DNA of 49,003 nucleotides from Candidatus Anoxychlamydiales bacterium (GTDB lineage Bacteria; Chlamydiota; Chlamydiia; Chlamydiales; SM23-39): NCBI GenBank assembly GCA_011065045.1, contig JAAKFN010000001.1, positions 1 to 49,003 of the forward strand, read 5' to 3'. Shown piece by piece: positions 43,101 to 49,003 of this stretch (position 1 is its first letter; each line of letters starts with the position of its first letter). The notes under the pieces were generated by a model. It saw only the letters and a program-made list of their open reading frames with translations, ran no database searches and was not told where the DNA came from. The position numbers and the translations under genes were made by a program.

Positions 43101-44401
43101 AAAAGCAAATTAATAAAGCTTCACCTCTTAAAGGTAAACACCTTGTCAAAAACCCACTTCTTTATTTCTTTTTGAAAAGTGTAGATTTTTTTTCATCACT
43201 TTATTTCAAAATTATAAAAATTTTGAAATTAGAATTTTTAAAATCAAAAAAAACTCTTAATAGCGAGAAAATAGAATTAGAAAATTTTATAAAAAATCCT
43301 AAAAAAATTCTTCTATCTAACACAGCTCATCTAGGCGATGTTTTGATCTCTTTAAAAGCTGTTTCATTTTTAAAAGAAAAGTTTCCAGATGCTAAAATAG
43401 GGTTTGTTTGTTCTTCCGTATCTAAAGAGATTGTAGAAAAGTTTTCTCTTATATATAAAATTTTTGTAGTAGACCACTTCAAAATAAATAGAAAAGAAAT
43501 TTCTAAATTTCAAAAAATTAGAAAATATTTGAGCTCTAGAAAAAAAGTGATTCATGACATCAAAAAAGAAAAATACGATGTGGCTATAGACTTGCATTAT
43601 CACTTTCCAAATTCCATATACCTTTTGCATAAAGCAAAAGTCCCAATAAGAATAGGTTATTCAAGTGCGGGTTTTGAAAACTTTTTGACGCATGCGCTTT
43701 CTTGGAAAAATAAGAATCAGCATGTTTTTTTATATCAATTAGATCTTCTAAAATTTTTAAATGTAGATTCCAATAATGAAAACATTAATATCGAACCAAA
43801 ATTATTAAAAATATCGTCAGGTATTTTTACTAAAGAGTTTGTAGATAGGTATAAAGATCAAAATCACAAAAGTTTAGAAAATTTTCATTTGCCTAAAGAT
43901 TATATCATCTTTCATATCGGTGCAGGCTCAGAAAAAAAGATGTGGGATATAAATAAATGGCAAAAATTAACAGCTGAGTTACTGAAAAAAGGAAAAAATA
44001 TTGTTTTTACTGGAAAAGGTCAAAATGAAAAAGATCTGATCTCTAAAATTAGTAACGCTCAAAGTTTTTCTAATTCAAAAAACAAGATTTTTGATCTCTC
44101 AGATAAACTTAATTTTATAGAGCTATCAGACGTTGTAAAAAATGCAAAACTCCTTGTGTGTGTAGATTCATTTTTGCTTCATTTGGGGACAAGCTTAGAT
44201 AAGCCTACAATAGTTATTTACTCAGGGATTAATAATGCAAATCATTGGGTAGAAAAAAAACAAAATATTATTCCTATTGTAAAAAAAATGGATTGCAATC
44301 CATGCTATATGAAAAATGGTTGCAAATCTATGGACTGTTTAAATACAATCAAAATTGACGATATTTTATCTAAAATGGAGAGTTTTGAATGCAAAAGCTA
44401 A
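43097..44401 (+). CDS. Glycosyltransferase family 9 (heptosyltransferase-like)
   Basis: HLGDVLISLKA near the N-terminus, and GAGSEKKMW...W..L, then LLVCVDSFLLHLGTSLDKPTIVIYSG (GT9 C-terminal donor-binding pattern). The start overlaps the uvrB stop. Confidence 0.6.
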   Translation: MKKQINKASPLKGKHLVKNPLLYFFLKSVDFFSSLYFKIIKILKLEFLKSKKTLNSEKIELENFIKNPKKILLSNTAHLGDVLISLKAVSFLKEKFPDAKIGFVCSSVSKEIVEKFSLIYKIFVVDHFKINRKEISKFQKIRKYLSSRKKVIHDIKKEKYDVAIDLHYHFPNSIYLLHKAKVPIRIGYSSAGFENFLTHALSWKNKNQHVFLYQLDLLKFLNVDSNNENINIEPKLLKISSGIFTKEFVDRYKDQNHKSLENFHLPKDYIIFHIGAGSEKKMWDINKWQKLTAELLKKGKNIVFTGKGQNEKDLISKISNAQSFSNSKNKIFDLSDKLNFIELSDVVKNAKLLVCVDSFLLHLGTSLDKPTIVIYSGINNANHWVEKKQNIIPIVKKMDCNPCYMKNGCKSMDCLNTIKIDDILSKMESFECKS

Positions 44402-45477
44402 AACAAAACCTAAAGGGTTTTTACCTCGCTGTAAAAAAAGATAATTTCAATTTTCAAATATCAAAGAAAAATTTAAATGAAAAAATAAAAAATTTCTCGC
44501 CTTGGATGGAAAGACAGATAAATAGTGAGTTTAAAAATTTTCAAAATAAAAAAAATGAAATTGATCAAACCATTAAAAATCTAAAAGATCAAAACCTTTT
44601 AAAAGAAGCAGAGCTCATTAAAGTAAAAATAAAAAATAATAAAATAAAATATCAAAATTTTTTGCATCTAAAATTTCATCCCAGGTTCGTTAGATTTAAC
44701 AATTTTTTACAAAAATCAAAAAAATTAATAAAATTTCCAGATATAGAATTTTTATACTCAATCGCAGATTCCCTAGACAACCCAAAACTAATAGAGTGTT
44801 TACAAGCTCCCGTATTTTGTATTTCAAAGAAAAAAAATAATAACAAAGTTATTTTATTTCCTCACATAGAATGGATGGAGAAAAATGATTTATTGTTAGA
44901 TAGATTAAGTAAAGCAGCCCTGCAGTTAAATTGGGATCAAAAAGAGTCACAGGCTTTTTGGAGGGGAACTACTACAGGGTTTTTAGATTTAGATAAAAAT
45001 GAAAGACTTAAAATCGTAAAGCTAGCATCTCATTATCCCCATCTGATTGACGCTTCTTTTTCTAATATAGTTCAGATATCTGAGGAAAATAAAAAATATT
45101 TAGTAGAAAATTTCGAATTAAAAGAAAAAGCTTCCCCTATAGATCAAATCAAATATAAATACCTACTATCTATAGATGGTAACGCTTTTTCAGGTTCATT
45201 TTTTTGGCAGCTTTTCTCTTCTTCTGTGGTTTTAAAAAATAGCTCTGATTATTTAGAGTGGTACTATTCAGGGGTTAAAAGCGATAAGCATTATTTAGAG
45301 TTCGATTCAGATAAAGACTTAATATCTAAAATACATTGGCTCAAGGACAACGATAAAAAAGCTAAAAAGATTTCAGAAAATGCAAACGCTTTCGCTAATG
45401 AAAATCTCACAAATGAAGCTACTCTAGCGTATGTTTTCAAGCTTTTAAAAAAAAATAGTGAAATTATTAAAAAGTAA
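44389..45477 (+). CDS. Glycosyltransferase family 90 / CAP10-domain LPS-modifying protein
   Basis: AFWRGTTTG..., KYKYLLSIDGNAFSGSFFWQLFSSSVVLK, and a C-terminal ...A..FA.ENLT.EA...Y pattern typical of CAP10/GT90. Overlaps the GT9 gene by 13 nt. Confidence 0.6.
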   Translation: MQKLKQNLKGFYLAVKKDNFNFQISKKNLNEKIKNFSPWMERQINSEFKNFQNKKNEIDQTIKNLKDQNLLKEAELIKVKIKNNKIKYQNFLHLKFHPRFVRFNNFLQKSKKLIKFPDIEFLYSIADSLDNPKLIECLQAPVFCISKKKNNNKVILFPHIEWMEKNDLLLDRLSKAALQLNWDQKESQAFWRGTTTGFLDLDKNERLKIVKLASHYPHLIDASFSNIVQISEENKKYLVENFELKEKASPIDQIKYKYLLSIDGNAFSGSFFWQLFSSSVVLKNSSDYLEWYYSGVKSDKHYLEFDSDKDLISKIHWLKDNDKKAKKISENANAFANENLTNEATLAYVFKLLKKNSEIIKK

Positions 45478-45584
45478 GTCTTTTAGAAAATCATTTAAAA
45501 ATCGTTAAATATGATTGAGTTTTTCATTATATAAAAAAAAGAAAAGATATATAATAGTAGACAGCTTTTTAATGTTTGGAAAAA

Positions 45585-47156
45585 ATGAAACAAAAAATAC
45601 AAGATTTTTTAGCAAGCTTTTCTCTTGCAACAATTATAATTACCGGACCTTGGTTAAAAGAATTAGGACATAAAAATGCTCATCTAGATTCTTCTTTTAT
45701 TCGTATATTTGTTAGTACGATATTTTTAACAATAGGAATTTTTACTTTTATATTCTATTTATTAAAATCAAAAGGCATATATAGTAAAAAAAAAATAATT
45801 AGATATTCTTCATATGTATTATTATCAATATCTTTAGTTTTTTTTCTTAGAACTATTATAAAAATCTGTCCCTCAAATATAAAAAAATACATATATTTTA
45901 TATTATTCTTATTCTTACTTGTGATTGTCTTTAAAAAATTCTTTGCTATAAAAAAATATGCTCGAGCTAAAATGGTCACTATTTTTTTTGTGATTTTATT
46001 TCCTTTTTCTTTAATCGTTTTACAAAAAATCTCTCATGATTTTTTTTTCAAAAAAACAAAAAAAATTGTGAGAAGCGATGACACGAAACCTAAAGTAATT
46101 TGGATTATTTTTGATGCATGGGATAATTATTTGACTTATGAAAAAAGAATAAACAACATTTCTCTTCCTACATTAGATAATCTTAAAAAAAACTATTTTT
46201 CAGCGACAAAGGTATATCAACCTGCAAATTTAACTCAGAAATCTATTTTCGCATATTTAAATGGACAACAATCAATAGATAAAGAGGCCTTAGCTCAAAA
46301 TCGCTTTAGAATAGAACATACAGGAGAATTACTCTATGGCTGGGATAAATTTCCTTCTCTTTTCGATAAACTTTCTTTATTAGGTATAAATTCATCAGTT
46401 ACGGGTTGGCATCTTCCCTATTCGAGACTGTTTGATAAATATGTGGTAAAAAATAATATGTCTAATCATGAATATGATGAAACTTTTAAAGAAAAAATAA
46501 AAAGAATTTATGTACTTTTAATTGATTTTTATTTTATTCACCCTATAGATAAACTGAGTTTTCATAAAATAAAACTGCATATAAAACAAAAGAGGGACAT
46601 TAAACACAATGCGTGGATTCAAAGATACAAAAGAATACATGATGATGCAAAAAATATTATAACCGATCCGTTTTCAAACTTTTGTTTCATTCATTATTCA
46701 ATTCCTCATCCTCCAGTAATATATAATAATCATAAGAAAAAATTTACAAATAAATTTCTTTCTTATTCTGATAATTTAGTGTTAGTTGACAAAACTATGA
46801 AAGAGATCAAAAAACTTCTGGTTGAAACTAAACAATGGAATTCATCTACTATTATTGTAACCGCTGATCATTGGTTTAGGCCTTCTATGTGGGAAGGGGC
46901 AAAATTTAAAGAGTTTTGTATAATCTCAAAAAAAGAATCGGAAATATTGCAAGAAAGACCAGGGCCTTTAATCCCTTTAATTATTAAAATGCCTTATCAA
47001 AAAAAAGGAATATCTTATTCAAAACCTTTCAATGCGATAGTTCTTCATGATCTTGTTTTGGAGATATATAAAGACAAAATTAAAAATGAATCGGATCTTG
47101 CTAATTGGTTTGACAACATAGATGAAAAACTTAGGCTTCCTAATTTAAATTATTGA
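45585..47156 (+). CDS. Membrane-anchored sulfatase / alkaline-phosphatase-superfamily enzyme (EptA/LtaS/OpgB-like architecture)
   Basis: About five N-terminal TM helices, then VIWIIFDAWD (metal-binding Asp region), HYSIPHPP and TADHW. The ORF-track start at 45576 is TTG, and an ATG lies at 45585. Confidence 0.5.
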   Translation: MKQKIQDFLASFSLATIIITGPWLKELGHKNAHLDSSFIRIFVSTIFLTIGIFTFIFYLLKSKGIYSKKKIIRYSSYVLLSISLVFFLRTIIKICPSNIKKYIYFILFLFLLVIVFKKFFAIKKYARAKMVTIFFVILFPFSLIVLQKISHDFFFKKTKKIVRSDDTKPKVIWIIFDAWDNYLTYEKRINNISLPTLDNLKKNYFSATKVYQPANLTQKSIFAYLNGQQSIDKEALAQNRFRIEHTGELLYGWDKFPSLFDKLSLLGINSSVTGWHLPYSRLFDKYVVKNNMSNHEYDETFKEKIKRIYVLLIDFYFIHPIDKLSFHKIKLHIKQKRDIKHNAWIQRYKRIHDDAKNIITDPFSNFCFIHYSIPHPPVIYNNHKKKFTNKFLSYSDNLVLVDKTMKEIKKLLVETKQWNSSTIIVTADHWFRPSMWEGAKFKEFCIISKKESEILQERPGPLIPLIIKMPYQKKGISYSKPFNAIVLHDLVLEIYKDKIKNESDLANWFDNIDEKLRLPNLNY

Positions 47157-47210
47157 TAAATAAAGAGGTTATCTTAATAATATTTGAAAGATTCAATTTC
47201 TAAATACCTC

Positions 47211-47337
47211 GGCTCAAAGACGATAAAAATGCTAAAAAAATAGCAGAAAAATCCAAATGCAGTCGCTAATGAAATCTCACAAATGAAGCAACTCTTGCTT
47301 ACATATTCAAGCTTTTAACAAGACTCTCTGAAATCTA
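47211..47337 (+). pseudogene. Relic of the 3' end of a second GT90/CAP10 gene
   Basis: Aligns by eye to 45338..45477 with indels. It translates as LKDDKNAKKIAEKSKCSR**NLTNEATLAYIFKLLTRLSEI*, versus LKDNDKKAKKISENANAFANENLTNEATLAYVFKLLKKNSEIIKK* for the intact gene. Confidence 0.7.
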
Positions 47338-47385
47338 AAGAAATTAAGCGTGGTTTTTAAAGGAATGGAGAAAATTAAATCTTAA

Positions 47386-49003
47386 TTAAAATAGATTTTC
47401 TGCTTCTGCAAAAATATTTTTCTTTACGCTTGTACTTTTCTTTTTAGATTGGATACTCCAAAAATATGAGTAATGACCTTCTTTTTGCAGTAGCTCTTCA
47501 TGCGAGCCACTTTCAATAAGTTTACCCTCATTAATTACTATAATTTTATCAGCGTTTACTATTGTAGATAATCTATGTGCGATAATAATAATCGTTTTTT
47601 CTTTTCTTAAATTATCGATAGCTTCTTGAATCAATTTCTCTGAATGCGAATCTAAATGAGAAGTCGCTTCATCTAATATAAGTATGCTTGGATTTTTAAT
47701 TAGAGCGCGAGCTAAAGCTACTCTTTGTCTTTCTCCTCCAGATAGTTTGTGACCCTTTTCTCCAACTGTAGTTTTATATTTTTTAGGAAGTTTAGCAATA
47801 AAATCATGTGAATAAGAAAGCTGAGAAGCTTTTAGTACCTCCTCAAAACTAGCTTTTTCATTTCCAAACCTAATATTCTCTTCAATTGTATCATGAAATA
47901 AGAAGATATCTTGATTCACGATTCCTATTTTTTCTCTCCAGCTACTTAATGAAATTTTATTTAACTTTAAATCATCTACTATAATGGATCCTTTTGTTGG
48001 TTGGTATAAATTTAAAAGAAGATCGATTAAAGTGGATTTTCCTGCTCCTGATTTTCCAATTAATGCGTAAGTTTTTCCTTTATCAAAAGAAAAAGTAAAA
48101 TTATCAAGTGCTGGTTTTTTTCTATCTTTATATCTAAAAGTGACATTTTTAAGTGTGATCTTTTTGGAAAATTCTTTTAAATCTTCTCCACCTTGAGAAG
48201 AATATTCTTTATCATCATCTTTTAGAATTTCCTGTAGTCTCTGTAATGGGCCTCTGCAACTTATTACTGCACTAAGGCTATTCATGCATTGCTGTAATCT
48301 AGTTGACAACCTATAAGCAATGAAAATAAATACAAGTATAGATGCTATAAAGGAGGGGGAATGGCGAAGCATTAGAGCCCCTACGATTAACATTAAAGCA
48401 ATTACGATGATACCAATTATTTCACCAAATGATTGAATAAGCGTATTCCAAAAGATCAATTCAGAATTAGATTTAGCTATTTTAATTAAAATATTTTTTG
48501 TTTTCTTTACTATTGAATCTTGTCGATTAAACATATGTATAAGTTTAATTCCGTTGATATTTTGATTGGTTTTAGAGCTGAATTTTACTTCGTCTTTAGT
48601 GAGAGTAACGGATAAGTTGTTTAATCTTCTCAAAAGTAATTTATAAAAAGAATTAACAATGAAAAAAAAGGCCAATAGGATAAATGTCAAAATATAATCA
48701 ATTTTCATAAGCCAAGCCAGAGATATTAATCCCATTATTAAAGAAGTAAATCCTCCATTTATTTGCATTAAGAGTGAAGGGATGACCCCAGGTGATGAAT
48801 TATAGTTTAATAAATCTCCCACTTGAAATTTACTAACAAAAGGATAAGAAAAACTAAAAATTTGTTTGTAAATTTTAGCTTGCATTTGAACAGAAACTTT
48901 TAAAGCAATTTGAGAAACGATATATTGAGATAAAAAAACAAATGAACTTCTGATAAATTGAATAAACAGAGCTATGATGATAAAAAATAAAAACTGACGG
49001 TTT
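47386..49003 (-). CDS. ABC exporter, fused permease/ATPase (MsbA-like), 5' end outside window
   Basis: Walker A GKSGAGKST, signature LSGGERQR, Walker B ILILDEATSHLD, H-loop IAHRL. The reading frame stays open upstream of the track ATG at 48885 all the way to nt 49002, and an ABC TMD normally needs those extra helices. Confidence 0.85.
   Translation of the reverse strand, partial: NRQFLFFIIIALFIQFIRSSFVFLSQYIVSQIALKVSVQMQAKIYKQIFSFSYPFVSKFQVGDLLNYNSSPGVIPSLLMQINGGFTSLIMGLISLAWLMKIDYILTFILLAFFFIVNSFYKLLLRRLNNLSVTLTKDEVKFSSKTNQNINGIKLIHMFNRQDSIVKKTKNILIKIAKSNSELIFWNTLIQSFGEIIGIIVIALMLIVGALMLRHSPSFIASILVFIFIAYRLSTRLQQCMNSLSAVISCRGPLQRLQEILKDDDKEYSSQGGEDLKEFSKKITLKNVTFRYKDRKKPALDNFTFSFDKGKTYALIGKSGAGKSTLIDLLLNLYQPTKGSIIVDDLKLNKISLSSWREKIGIVNQDIFLFHDTIEENIRFGNEKASFEEVLKASQLSYSHDFIAKLPKKYKTTVGEKGHKLSGGERQRVALARALIKNPSILILDEATSHLDSHSEKLIQEAIDNLRKEKTIIIIAHRLSTIVNADKIIVINEGKLIESGSHEELLQKEGHYSYFWSIQSKKKSTSVKKNIFAEAENLF

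Overview
This is a very AT-rich bacterial chromosomal segment. I recognised no rRNA, tRNA, CRISPR array, integrase or transposase by eye. Several genes point to a Chlamydiota-like (environmental chlamydia) genome: a 716-aa GreA with a long N-terminal extension, a roughly 540-aa long-form ThyX, paired Mtr/TnaB/TyrP-type permeases, and porin-like outer-membrane genes. That lineage call is an inference, not a database result.

The window has four parts:
1. 1-8.1 kb is a surface-protein paralog locus. Five BNR/Asp-box beta-propeller genes of two subtypes (one partial) surround two tandem porin-like OMP genes.
2. 8.1-19.9 kb is mostly housekeeping: 5-formyl-THF cyclo-ligase, yggT, dus, acylphosphatase, a NYN/YacP protein, rdgB, greA and a YjbH-like OMP. 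It also holds a three-gene envelope operon of unknown function.
3. 19.9-37.0 kb is an accessory island.
   - A 2.1-kb cassette is bracketed by two inverted copies of a 103-bp MITE-like element.
   - A decayed hicA sits next to an intact hicB.
   - A 1834-aa RHS/YD-repeat toxin carries a Sec-type signal peptide and a hydrolase-like C-terminal tip. It is followed by four lipoprotein immunity paralogs interleaved with orphan toxin-tail fragments.
   - A Fic gene is split by a frameshift at a G9/C9 homopolymer.
   - An ATPase_2/DUF234-type ATPase closes the island.
4. 37-49 kb returns to core genes: thyX, two aromatic amino-acid permeases, uvrB, a translationally coupled envelope-glycan cluster (GT9, GT90/CAP10, membrane sulfatase-like enzyme, and a relic of a second GT90 gene), and an MsbA-like ABC exporter that runs off the window end.

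The best candidate for something new is the Sec-signal RHS toxin. Its diversification cassette swaps only the last ~60 aa of the toxin together with a periplasmic lipoprotein immunity gene.
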